Below, piece by piece: positions 11,732 through 21,190 of a stretch of 64,000 bases of DNA. The notes under the pieces were generated by a model that made no database searches, was not told the origin of the DNA, and was given only the letters and a program-made list of their open reading frames with translations. The number at the start of each line of letters is the position of its first letter. The stretch's first letter is position 1. A program made the translations under genes and the position numbers. This DNA comes from an uncultured cyanobacterium (GTDB taxonomy: Bacteria > Cyanobacteriota > Cyanobacteriia > Cyanobacteriales > Cyanobacteriaceae). The stretch lies in NCBI GenBank assembly GCA_963710605.1, contig CAVQBA010000001.1, positions 96,001 to 160,000 on the forward strand, written 5' to 3'.

Positions 11732-12812
11732 GATAATTTTGTCCTATTTTATCAAGATATCGATCGTAAATTAGTTGTGCCGTTTCTTTTAAGCGACTAT
11801 TTCCAGATTGAACTAATTCAGCATGAATTAAAAGTGGATGGACGAGACTAGATTGAAATTCTTCTCGATCGTATTGATAATATTTCATATCGCCAATAGT
11901 TTGAAAAAAAGCTATGTGACCATTAGGATCTGGTTTTAACTTGAATTTGACTGCTATTATACGAGTATGAGAATTACTTATGAGGTGTAAATTTGCACCA
12001 ATTGGACGAAGATAATCAGTTATCATTGAAGCGGCTAACTCACCAGCGATGAAGTAACCCTCAACTTTTACATTTTCTTTTATTTCATTTGCAACTTGTG
12101 CGAAGCTTTGATTTTGGATTGGTGAGAAAGTTTCTAAAAGTAGTTTGGCACGCAGTTGTTCGCTGTAACCTAATTCCCAGCGTTCAAGAAGCTTGACATA
12201 ATCAATAATTTCATACCTTTCGTGTGTATATTTTATATAATCCAATTCTTCTAGTTTTCTTAAAGAATTTCTGACTGTTTTAATAGTAACACCAGAGAAA
12301 AATGAAATTCTATTTTCAAAATTATCATCATTTTGTATCGTTAACATTGGTTGACTTAGCAACGCATACATAACTTGTAACGTACCATTAGTAATATCTA
12401 ACGATTTTGCTCCATTATTTACAGACGATTGATTTCTAACTAAAATATATACCCCCGAACTATTGAGATAAATTTGCCCATCGACATCAATAAATTCGAT
12501 ATTTTTTTCTAAAAGTCGATCGACTACCAAATTTGATAAACTGCGTGTAATCAGTAATGGTCTTTCTTTTGATTTGAGTCTTTCGCCTAACTGAACAAAA
12601 TATTGATTGAGTTGTTCTATAACATCATTTGTAATACCCGTTTTGATCTCGCAAATATAATTAACAGGTACCCCAGAAGTATTAATTGTTAGTTTTCCAT
12701 CAGCTAATACTTCACTGGAAAAATAAGGCTCTCCATCAATATTTGCCTCAACATTAGGTAGCGATTTAAGATAGTTAAGACACTTTTGGAAAAGTGGGTT
12801 TTTGGGTTGCAT
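11697..12812 (-). CDS. AbiEi-family antitoxin / transcriptional regulator (type IV TA); likely start MQPKNP
   Basis: NIEFIDVDGQIYL, central wHTH, LLERWELGY...LR, GELAA...YLRP, VHPLLIHAEL...SRLKETA; coupled to the NTase gene. Confidence 0.75.
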   Translation of the reverse strand: MQPKNPLFQKCLNYLKSLPNVEANIDGEPYFSSEVLADGKLTINTSGVPVNYICEIKTGITNDVIEQLNQYFVQLGERLKSKERPLLITRSLSNLVVDRLLEKNIEFIDVDGQIYLNSSGVYILVRNQSSVNNGAKSLDITNGTLQVMYALLSQPMLTIQNDDNFENRISFFSGVTIKTVRNSLRKLEELDYIKYTHERYEIIDYVKLLERWELGYSEQLRAKLLLETFSPIQNQSFAQVANEIKENVKVEGYFIAGELAASMITDYLRPIGANLHLISNSHTRIIAVKFKLKPDPNGHIAFFQTIGDMKYYQYDREEFQSSLVHPLLIHAELVQSGNSRLKETAQLIYDRYLDKIGQNYHAWLKREKSFK

Positions 12813-13117
12813 TATATTAATTGCCCACTTAATAACTGACAATATCAATTTTAATTATACACTGTTTAAAAGATTGAAAAAAACATAGATATTCACATAA
12901 AGGTAAATAAAGCAGAAAACTGCTGTTTGGATTATTAAGGATATTATAAGTACCCGCATAAAATTGTTTATATATTTATTTGTAGGGGTGCAAGGTTTGC
13001 ACCCTTGATTCTCATAAATAATAAATAAAATTTGCTCAAACTCGATCGAATTGATACTGTAATCCTTTAATCCTATTAATCCCGATAAAGGCAGGGGAGG
13101 GAGTATCTCTAAAACAA

Positions 13118-13831
13118 TTAACTAACCACTTTTGCTTTACCTTGACATAATAATTCTGTGGCTGATAATTGTAACGTCTTTATTTCCACATCTGTACCTA
13201 AATCAACTGCAAAATCATTTAATACAATCAAAGGCATTTCGGGTATTCCTTCCATCTGAATCGGGCATAAAGACAATGTATGACTATCTTTTGAAGTCAA
13301 ACAAGAAGTTAGTTTGAAACTGAAAGTGCGTTGTTGTTGATTAGTTAAAATCGCATCAAGCATAAATTTTTCTGGATAAATAGTTAATTTTTGCCAATCA
13401 AATTGATATTGGCTGACAATGTTATCGTAATTATCGATCGATTTTTCTTTTAACAATAACTCCATTAAATCAACTAACCCTTGTTGTAATAACGCTGAAT
13501 TTAAAGAAGTTTGTAAATCATTTTTGTTTAACTTGATTTCGCCATCAACAAAAATTGGTTGTAACAAATTCAATGGTTTACCTTTTAAAACTCCTCCTAG
13601 ATTAACCGCTATTTTTTCTGTTTTAACAGTAGCTTGATTAACATGAATACCTTGATAAACCGCTTTACTAGTAGTTAAAAAAACCTCATCTATTTTTCCT
13701 CTCAAAATCTTACTATCCCCTGCTGTGATTTTTATCTCTAAATCCTCTACTGTTTCTAACTGGGTTTTTAACCAATATTTAATCGCAGGATTTAAAAAAC
13801 GGGAAATGATTTCTGATTTACGTTTAACCAT
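13118..13831 (-). CDS. DUF2993 (LmeA-like) protein
   Basis: PAIKYWLKTQLETVEDL...AVYQGI...KGKPLNLLQPI conserved cyanobacterial pattern. Confidence 0.75.
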   Translation of the reverse strand: MVKRKSEIISRFLNPAIKYWLKTQLETVEDLEIKITAGDSKILRGKIDEVFLTTSKAVYQGIHVNQATVKTEKIAVNLGGVLKGKPLNLLQPIFVDGEIKLNKNDLQTSLNSALLQQGLVDLMELLLKEKSIDNYDNIVSQYQFDWQKLTIYPEKFMLDAILTNQQQRTFSFKLTSCLTSKDSHTLSLCPIQMEGIPEMPLIVLNDFAVDLGTDVEIKTLQLSATELLCQGKAKVVS

Positions 13832-13941
13832 ATCGAGAGTTAAGAGTTAAGAGTTAAAAGTTAAGAGTTATAATTGTTAGACACGAACTTAATTTTTGAT
13901 TATCAATTGTCAATTGTCAATTGTCAATTACTATTTTACTT

Positions 13942-14775
13942 ATGTCTGAAAGAATTCAAAAAGTTTTACGTCAATGGGGTATCGCCTCCCGTAGAGAAGC
14001 AGAAAGGATGATTGAGGCAGGAAGAATCACCGTTAATGGTGTCACCTGTAAATTAGGAGATAAAGCTGACCCTTTTCAAGACAAAATAGTTGTAGATGGT
14101 AAAGAATTAACCAATACTTATCGCCCCAGATTATTTTATATTTTACTTCATAAACCTAAAGGGTATTTATGTACTTGCGACGATCCTCAAGGAAGAAAAA
14201 CTGTTTTAGATTTGTTGCCTCCTAATTTACGTCAAGGAAAAGGTATTCATACTGTGGGCAGACTCGATCGTAATTCCACTGGTGCATTAATCTTAACTAA
14301 TGATGGTGCTTTAACGATGGCTTTAACTCATCCTCGTTATCATCAACCGAAAACTTATCTAGTTACTTTAGAAGGCTCTATTGATGATGATAAATTAGAT
14401 ACATGGGCGAAAGGATTTGTGTTTGAAGGTAAACAAACTTTACCTGCGGATATTATTCTTAACGATCGATCTTCTAAACAGACTAAAATAAAAATTATCC
14501 TTCAAGAAGGGCGTAATCGTCAAATTCGTAAAATAGGCGAACATTTTGGTCATCCTGTCACTACTTTATACCGTCAATCGATCGGTATCTTAAATGTTTC
14601 TTCCTTAACTTTAGGTAAATATCGTTTATTAACTAAAGAAGAAATTACTAATCTGAAAAAAAATATTCCTACTTCTGACAACAAATCTCCATCTAAAAAT
14701 AATCCTCGCAAATTTTATCCAACTACTCAAAAAAACAAGAAAAAAGTAGTTAATAAAAAAAGATTACGATTCTAG
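13942..14775 (+). CDS. rRNA pseudouridine synthase (RsuA/RluB family)
   Basis: S4 domain ERIQKVL..WGIASRREAE, catalytic GRLDRNSTG, EGRNRQIR. Confidence 0.92.
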   Translation: MSERIQKVLRQWGIASRREAERMIEAGRITVNGVTCKLGDKADPFQDKIVVDGKELTNTYRPRLFYILLHKPKGYLCTCDDPQGRKTVLDLLPPNLRQGKGIHTVGRLDRNSTGALILTNDGALTMALTHPRYHQPKTYLVTLEGSIDDDKLDTWAKGFVFEGKQTLPADIILNDRSSKQTKIKIILQEGRNRQIRKIGEHFGHPVTTLYRQSIGILNVSSLTLGKYRLLTKEEITNLKKNIPTSDNKSPSKNNPRKFYPTTQKNKKKVVNKKRLRF

Positions 14776-14796
14776 AAGAATTGACAATTGATAATT

Positions 14797-14846
14797 GCGG
14801 TGGAAGCCCGCGTCGGCGAGAGACGCAAGGGAATGTCCACCAAGAC
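14797..14846. repeat. Small dispersed hairpin repeat inserted in a TTGACAA heptamer run
   Basis: GCGGTGGAAGCCC...GGGAATGTCCACCAAGAC; the same ends recur at 18958-19060. Confidence 0.8.
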
Positions 14847-14905
14847 GACAATTGACAATTAAATATCGTTTTAAAATTATCAAGTATCAACTATTAACTA
14901 TTGAC

Positions 14906-16090
14906 GTGTTAATCAAATCAGCTTATTTACACATTCCTTTTTGTCGTCGAAGATGTTTTTATTGTGATTTTCCGATTACGGTATTAGGAGATAAAGGTGG
15001 CAATCGATATTCAAATTGGCAACAAGAATATGTCGATTTTATTTGTCAGGAAATAGAAATTACGGCTAGTTATCAAACTAATAATTTAGAGACGATATTT
15101 TTTGGTGGTGGTACTCCTTCATTATTAGCGATCGAAGGATTAACTAAAATTTTAGAAACTTTATCTCAATGTTTTACTATTAATAAAAATGCCGAAATAT
15201 CTTTAGAAATCGATCCAGCTACTTTTGATTTAGATAAGTTAAAAACATATCAAAAATTAGGAATAAATAGAGTTAGTTTAGGTGTACAATCTTTTCAAGA
15301 TAATCTCTTAGAAAAATGTGGGCGTACCCATACCCAAAAGGATATTTATCAATCAGTAGAATGGATTAATCAAGCAGGTTTTGATAATTGGAGTTTGGAT
15401 TTAATTTCGGGTTTACCCCATCAAACTATAACCGATTGGTCAGAATCTTTAATTAAAGCGATCGAACTTTCTCCTAAACATTTGTCTTGTTATGATTTAG
15501 TATTAGAGCCAACTACAGTATTCGGCAAAAAATATCAAGCTGGGGATAATCCCCTTCCTGCGGATGAAACTACGGCTCAAATGTATAAAATGGCTTCTGA
15601 AAAACTAACACAAGCAGGGTATATTCATTACGAAATATCCAATTATGCTAAGAAGGGTTATCAATGTCAGCACAATCAAGTTTATTGGTACAATCAACCT
15701 TACTATGCTTTTGGTATGGGGGCATCTAGTTATTATGATAATCAGCGATTTACTCGCCCACGTACTCGTCAAGAATATTTTGTTTGGTTGGAAAAATTAC
15801 GAAAACAACAAGGAAAATTAGATGTTAATAATCTGACGGAAAACGATCGATTATTAGAAACTTTAATGTTAGGTTTAAGATTAAAAGAAGGAGTTAATTT
15901 AGCCGATATAAATATTAAATTTGGTCAAGAAACTAGCGGAGAGATATTAAAATGTTTGTCTGATTTTATTAAACAAAAACTAGTTAATTATAATCAAAAT
16001 ACTCAACAACTAACTTTAACTGATCCTGAAGGATTTTTATACTCTAATACAGTGTTAACTGCTTTATTTACACAGTTCGATCGCCCTTAA
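14906..16090 (+). CDS. hemW: Radical SAM heme chaperone HemW (HemN-like); likely GTG start at 14906
   Basis: YLHIPFCRRRCFYCDF, FFGGGTPS, HYEISNYA, HNQVYW. Confidence 0.9.
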   Translation: MLIKSAYLHIPFCRRRCFYCDFPITVLGDKGGNRYSNWQQEYVDFICQEIEITASYQTNNLETIFFGGGTPSLLAIEGLTKILETLSQCFTINKNAEISLEIDPATFDLDKLKTYQKLGINRVSLGVQSFQDNLLEKCGRTHTQKDIYQSVEWINQAGFDNWSLDLISGLPHQTITDWSESLIKAIELSPKHLSCYDLVLEPTTVFGKKYQAGDNPLPADETTAQMYKMASEKLTQAGYIHYEISNYAKKGYQCQHNQVYWYNQPYYAFGMGASSYYDNQRFTRPRTRQEYFVWLEKLRKQQGKLDVNNLTENDRLLETLMLGLRLKEGVNLADINIKFGQETSGEILKCLSDFIKQKLVNYNQNTQQLTLTDPEGFLYSNTVLTALFTQFDRP

Positions 16091-16106
16091 TCCCCCTTAT
16101 AAAGGC

Positions 16107-16268
16107 AGGGCTGATTCATTCTTAAATTTTATAACTTCTATACCTAAGAAATAGCAGTAAATTTAGCTGTTTTTTTCTAATAATAAAAACATCATGTAAC
16201 CAAATCGATCGATCGTATAGTAATAATAGCTTCTAGCTATTTTCTTCTTCCGAGAATGAATCAGTCCC
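16107..16268. mobile_element. MITE-like element (about 160 bp) with 16-bp terminal inverted repeats
   Basis: AGGGCTGATTCATTCT ... AGAATGAATCAGTCCC, flanked by CCCCCTT..AAGG(G) palindromic repeat sequence. Confidence 0.65.
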
Positions 16269-16398
16269 CCTTACGAAGGGGGGTTGGGGGGATTGATCTG
16301 TCGTAGTATTATTAGAAAGAAGGTAGAATGATATTCTACCCCTACGGTGGAAAGATTATTTATCTGTTACTAATATTTGAGTAATTCATCTCATTATT

Positions 16399-17100
16399 TT
16401 AAACAGCTAAAAATTCTTGAATCACTCTTTGACTTAACTCACTAGTAGCACCAGAAGCAACAATACCGCCCTTTTGCATAGCGTAATAACGATCGGCTTG
16501 GCGGACAAAATGTAAATGTTGTTCAACTAAAAGAACAGATATACCAGTTTCTCTAATAATCTTTTTAACAGCCGCTTCTATTTCTAAAATAATCGAGGGT
16601 TGGATACCTTCTGTCGGTTCGTCTAACAATAGTAATTGCGGTTTGCCCATCAATGCACGAGCGATCGCTAATTGCTGTTGTTGCCCACCACTTAAGTCTC
16701 CTCCCATGCGATTTAACATCGTTTTTAAGACAGGAAACAATTCAAAAATATCTGATGGTATTTCTCTTTTAATTTTGCCATTATTAGGAATTGCTTCTAA
16801 ACCTAAAAGTAAATTTTCTTTAACTGTTACTCGTGGGATAACTTCTCTACCTTGAGGTACATAACCGATACCTAACTTAGCTCTTTTATCTGTGCTTAAT
16901 CGATCGATATATTTGTCTTTGAATTTCATTCCCCCCGTACGAGAATTTAATAAACCCATAATTGTTTTTAATAAAGTAGTTTTTCCTACTCCATTTCGCC
17001 CAATCAAACAAACCATTTCACCACTATTGATGTTTAAATCGACATTTCTTAAAATATGACTTTCGCCATAATAAACATTTAATTCTGATAAATTTAACAT
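16399..17100 (-). CDS. urtE: Urea ABC transporter ATP-binding subunit UrtE
   Basis: YYGESHIL, GRNGVGKTT, YVPQGRE, GGDLSGGQQQQLAIAR, DEPTEGIQPS. Confidence 0.93.
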   Translation of the reverse strand: MLNLSELNVYYGESHILRNVDLNINSGEMVCLIGRNGVGKTTLLKTIMGLLNSRTGGMKFKDKYIDRLSTDKRAKLGIGYVPQGREVIPRVTVKENLLLGLEAIPNNGKIKREIPSDIFELFPVLKTMLNRMGGDLSGGQQQQLAIARALMGKPQLLLLDEPTEGIQPSIILEIEAAVKKIIRETGISVLLVEQHLHFVRQADRYYAMQKGGIVASGATSELSQRVIQEFLAV

Positions 17101-17153
17101 GATATTTAAAAACAAAAAAATTTTACTTTAATTGATGAAAGAATTATTAATTA

Positions 17154-18254
17154 TTAACGACACAAACGATCGACAGTTTCAGGAGGTAAATTCAATAACT
17201 CAACTAACTCATTAAAAGCCTGATTGTTTAACTCATTAGCCTCGTTTCGATCGATAATTTGATAGCTTAACGCCAAAACTTGCTCTTTTTGTTCTTGATT
17301 TTCTAACAGAGGCACTAACTCAGTTAAAGGTATCTCTTCGGCTAAAAAGTTATTTAACTTTTGTTTTAACTCTTCTTCTTCCTCAGGGGAAGAGGCAAAT
17401 TGCTGACTTAAATTATCTAAAATTATTTGTTGTTGTTGAGAGTTTATATTATAATCAGCCCATGCGATCGTAGCGGCAATTCTAGCAATTACAATTTGAT
17501 CGGCTTCTAAAGTTGTTTCTTCTCCTAAATACACTTCAATTACACGGGGGTCATTTTGGATTTGGTTCATGTTACCCTCACACAAAACTGTACCTTGATG
17601 TAAGACAGTTACTTTTTCAGCAATTTGTCTGACAAACTCCATATCATGTTCAATGACAATAATAGAGTGATTTTTAGCTAAAGCAATTAAAAGATTACCA
17701 ACATTTTCTGTTTCTTCATCTGTTAAACCCGCTACTGGCTCATCTACTAATAATAAATCAGGGGATTGAGCAACTAGCATACCTATTTCTAAACGTTGTT
17801 TTTCGCCATGGGATAACAAATCGGCGTTAAGTTCGGCTTTGGATGTTAAACCGATCGTTTCTAGTAAACCTGCGACTTTGCGTCTATCTTCTGAAGACGG
17901 TTTTTGGAATAAAGTTGTTAAGACATTTTTATTTTTATTCGTCACTAAATCTAAATTTTCTCTGACTGTCAAATTCAAATATACTCTAGGTGTTTGAAAT
18001 TTACGCCCAATTCCTAAGCGGGCAATATTATGCTCACTGATATTACGCAGATTTTTACCTTTAAAAAGAACTTTACCTTCGGTTGGTTGTACTTTTCCTG
18101 TTATGACATCTAAAAAAGTCGTTTTTCCTGCACCGTTTGGTCCTATAATGACCCTTAATTCTCCTGATTCCATTGCGAAGTTAAGATGATTTAGTGCTTT
18201 AAAACCATCAAAATTAACGGTTAAGTTATCGATTTCTAAAATAGGTTGGTTCAT
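17154..18254 (-). CDS. urtD: Urea ABC transporter ATP-binding subunit UrtD with an extra C-terminal TerB-like domain
   Basis: FDGFKAL, GPNGAGKTT, GRKFQTP, LSHGEKQRLEIG, VIEVYLG followed by about 120 additional residues. Confidence 0.9.
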   Translation of the reverse strand: MNQPILEIDNLTVNFDGFKALNHLNFAMESGELRVIIGPNGAGKTTFLDVITGKVQPTEGKVLFKGKNLRNISEHNIARLGIGRKFQTPRVYLNLTVRENLDLVTNKNKNVLTTLFQKPSSEDRRKVAGLLETIGLTSKAELNADLLSHGEKQRLEIGMLVAQSPDLLLVDEPVAGLTDEETENVGNLLIALAKNHSIIVIEHDMEFVRQIAEKVTVLHQGTVLCEGNMNQIQNDPRVIEVYLGEETTLEADQIVIARIAATIAWADYNINSQQQQIILDNLSQQFASSPEEEEELKQKLNNFLAEEIPLTELVPLLENQEQKEQVLALSYQIIDRNEANELNNQAFNELVELLNLPPETVDRLCR

Positions 18255-18362
18255 GTATTATCCGATCGTAGTCTTATTTTCTAAGATTGAAAATAATTAG
18301 ATATTGTTGAGTTGTTATATAGAAATGATAATTATTAATCGTCGATTGTCAATCATTAATTG

Positions 18363-18767
18363 TTATTTTGATTTTTGATTCTCTAATTGCTTTATTTTTT
18401 TTAGTTGTAGCAATTGTTTTTCTAGTTGGTTTTGTTTAGCTTCGATCGTTTGTAGTTTATTGAGTATTTGTTGAAAACATTTTTCTTGTTGAAAGTTAAT
18501 ATTTTCGGGAATAACTTTTTGAGAATTATTTTTGGCGAGATAATTTCTAAATATAAAAGGAGATTTGAAGATAAATAACCAAATTCGACCTACTAAAACA
18601 GGAATCATCTGAATTATTGCCCAAATAGTTAAAATAATTGTAATTAATAATATAAGTCCTAAAATTGGATGGGAAACAAAAAAACCAATCACAGGATGAT
18701 TAGCTATCCAATTATTTAACAAAGACTGTATAGTAGATTTAATGTTATAAGAAACTGCACTACTCAT
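18363..18767 (-). CDS. Hypothetical membrane protein with C-terminal coiled coil
   Basis: Hydrophobic stretch then KLQTIEAKQNQLEKQL. Confidence 0.65.
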   Translation of the reverse strand: MSSAVSYNIKSTIQSLLNNWIANHPVIGFFVSHPILGLILLITIILTIWAIIQMIPVLVGRIWLFIFKSPFIFRNYLAKNNSQKVIPENINFQQEKCFQQILNKLQTIEAKQNQLEKQLLQLKKIKQLENQKSK

Positions 18768-18957
18768 GTTTTATCTATCTTAAGCAAATTTGATTATAAA
18801 GATGGAGATTGAATCTAATTATTTTAATACTGTTTAATTAATGTTAAGACTTAGTACTAATATAACAAGAGTAAAAAGCTTTAACAGTTAAGAGTTAAAA
18901 GTTAAGAGTTAAGAGTTAAGAGGCTATAAATTCACTACCGATTACTCTTTACTCCTT

Positions 18958-19060
18958 GCGGTGGAAGCCCGCTCAGGAGCGTAAGACGCAAGCGGTCAGA
19001 ACCCGCGACGACGGCAAGTCGCAAGGGAAGGCTGACCAAGACGGGAATGTCCACCAAGAC
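18958..19060. repeat. Nested small dispersed hairpin repeats flanked by ACTCCTT direct repeats
   Basis: Outer unit like 14797-14846 contains an inner 51-bp variant at 18992-19042. Confidence 0.8.
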
Positions 19061-19089
19061 ACTCCTTACTCATTACCCATTACTCATTT

Positions 19090-20601
19090 TTAGGCGTGTT
19101 CAATTTCGTGCATAATTTTTAGATATGAGGGAGTATTTGAATTGATTATCGCAGTATCAATGTGATTTTCGTCATAAATAGCTCTTTTAGCGTTATCTGC
19201 AATTACAGCATGAGAAAGTAACTCTAATGAATCAGCTTGTTGCAAATTATCTAATGCTTCTGCGTATTTACGACTATGACTATGTCTAACAGATTCTTGA
19301 CAATAATTTGATAATTCTCTACTTTCTGTCATCACTTCAAATGCCAGAATTTTATCTTCCTCGCTACCATATAATGCTTTACAAAGTAAGTTAACCATAG
19401 AAGCATCATGGTAAGGGATATGATATTTCTTTTCAATTTGGGGCCAATATTTGAGAGCTTTTAATCCTTCTAATGCACCTGTGTTTAATCCTGCATTTAT
19501 ACACCAATGTTCAAATTCTTCGACATTATGAGGACAACGATTGTGATCTCTCATTCCCTGTGCTAAAATCTCTCCTGCTCTAAAATTACGGGTAGGTTTA
19601 CCAGAAACAGGACGCATCATACTACCACGTACATCAGCAACGATCGCAGTTAATTGCGAAAAAGTATGGTCACGAACATTTTCGGTGAAACCGCCTTTAT
19701 TTAAGACTGCTTCAATCCGAGGAATGGCATAACCTAATTCAGTCAAAGCGATCGTCTGTTGACTATAAAGTTGATGTCTATCTTTTCTGCACATTGAGAC
19801 AGTTGCGGCTTGATCTAAACATTGATGAAGTAGTAAAGTCAGTAATGTCGGTAAAACACCTGGATTTTCTTTATGATATGTATAACCAAATCCGGCAAAA
19901 ATAGAAGACATATTTTTAGCCGCTTTAATATATTGGGCTTCTACATTATGAATACCAGGTGAAACTTGGATATTAGGTGAAAGTTGATTAAATAAATAAG
20001 CACCGATTAAGGCGGTTAAAGCATTAGGATGGCAAAAATTGGCAGTAAAACTATCAACGGGGTCTCTTAATGAGCCATGTCGATGAAAACCTGAGAAAAA
20101 GGCTAAATCAGGAAACTTCTCGCATAAAACATAAGCGTCTCCTGTATTTTCATCTTGGTTAAATGAACCTGATAAACAACCTAAAACTACATTATTACGA
20201 TCGAGTTTATCTTTGATATGACGTGCTTGTTTTAAATCTTCTTCAACATATTTACTGTTAGCGGTTAAAATAACTAGATCACATTTAGAAATTAAATATT
20301 CTAATGTATTCGGTATTAATTGACCTTCTTTTTTATGAGAAGACATTTGTTTTAACTTAGTTAAATGATTGGGGTCCATTCCCGTTATTTCTTCTTCAGA
20401 AAATGCACCTAACAGATTTCTGTCTGGGCGTGCGGCTAATAAAAGAGATTTAGGACTTTTTTGCATTGCCGAATTATAGGCAAGGGAAGCAGGATACAAA
20501 CCAACACTATAAAAGCCAACTTTAGCTTTACTTAATTTGCGTAATCTTTGTTTGATTGTTTTTTTGTCGAGAGCATCTTGATTAAAAAAATTATTTTTCA
20601 T
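19090..20601 (-). CDS. Hypothetical protein, remote similarity to the NAD(P)H-dependent glycerol-3-phosphate dehydrogenase (GpsA) fold
   Basis: AAKNMSSIFAGF, ADVRGS...TRNFRAG and LEGLKAL echo GpsA motifs; the ORF itself is long and clean. Confidence 0.55.
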   Translation of the reverse strand: MKNNFFNQDALDKKTIKQRLRKLSKAKVGFYSVGLYPASLAYNSAMQKSPKSLLLAARPDRNLLGAFSEEEITGMDPNHLTKLKQMSSHKKEGQLIPNTLEYLISKCDLVILTANSKYVEEDLKQARHIKDKLDRNNVVLGCLSGSFNQDENTGDAYVLCEKFPDLAFFSGFHRHGSLRDPVDSFTANFCHPNALTALIGAYLFNQLSPNIQVSPGIHNVEAQYIKAAKNMSSIFAGFGYTYHKENPGVLPTLLTLLLHQCLDQAATVSMCRKDRHQLYSQQTIALTELGYAIPRIEAVLNKGGFTENVRDHTFSQLTAIVADVRGSMMRPVSGKPTRNFRAGEILAQGMRDHNRCPHNVEEFEHWCINAGLNTGALEGLKALKYWPQIEKKYHIPYHDASMVNLLCKALYGSEEDKILAFEVMTESRELSNYCQESVRHSHSRKYAEALDNLQQADSLELLSHAVIADNAKRAIYDENHIDTAIINSNTPSYLKIMHEIEHA

Positions 20602-21190
20602 TTTAAAGTTCTATTAATTTCGGTTTTATGTTATTATCCAAAGCTTAGTAAGTTGAAATAGATAACAATTTTCAACTATGAAATTCTCTTCTCAACATCG
20701 TAAATGACTATTATTCTGTCAAAAAAATGAACTAAATAAAAATAAAAGAAAATAAAACAAATATAGCCTAAAAAGTTAAAAAGCTGATTCAAAACGGTTT
20801 TAATTTTTCATTTACATATTCCTATTTGTGATAATTGATAAGTATTATAAAAATACATAATAATTAAATTATTTAATTGTTCAGTTCCGATAACGAAGTT
20901 ATGAGAGTAAGTTTGATATCTAGTTAGAGATTAAATTTTTTACGTCAATAAATACTTGACGCTCATAGATTTTATGGGGATTAAAGTTATTGCTCTAAAA
21001 ATTTTTTGCCAAATAAGTTGATTTTTTTAGGTATTTAAACTCTTATTTGTCTTAAAATAAAGGAGCTAAAATACCTGTTTGATTAAATTAATCGTAGCAG
21101 AAACATTATGAACGAGCAAATAAACTTATTAGTTGAAGTTATTACTTTTCTTGATTGATGATTAGCTTTTTTGCTGTTAAAATCAACTTC

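Noticed and set aside
14795..14905. N-terminal extension of HemW (MRWKPASARDARECPPR...)
   Set aside because: It is the translation of a dispersed hairpin repeat and heptamers; homology starts at the GTG at 14906
20602..21190. Possible ncRNA or hidden gene in a long intergenic region (also 35089-35989)
   Set aside because: Extremely AT-rich, no stable stem, recognisable RNA motif or credible ORF seen by eye
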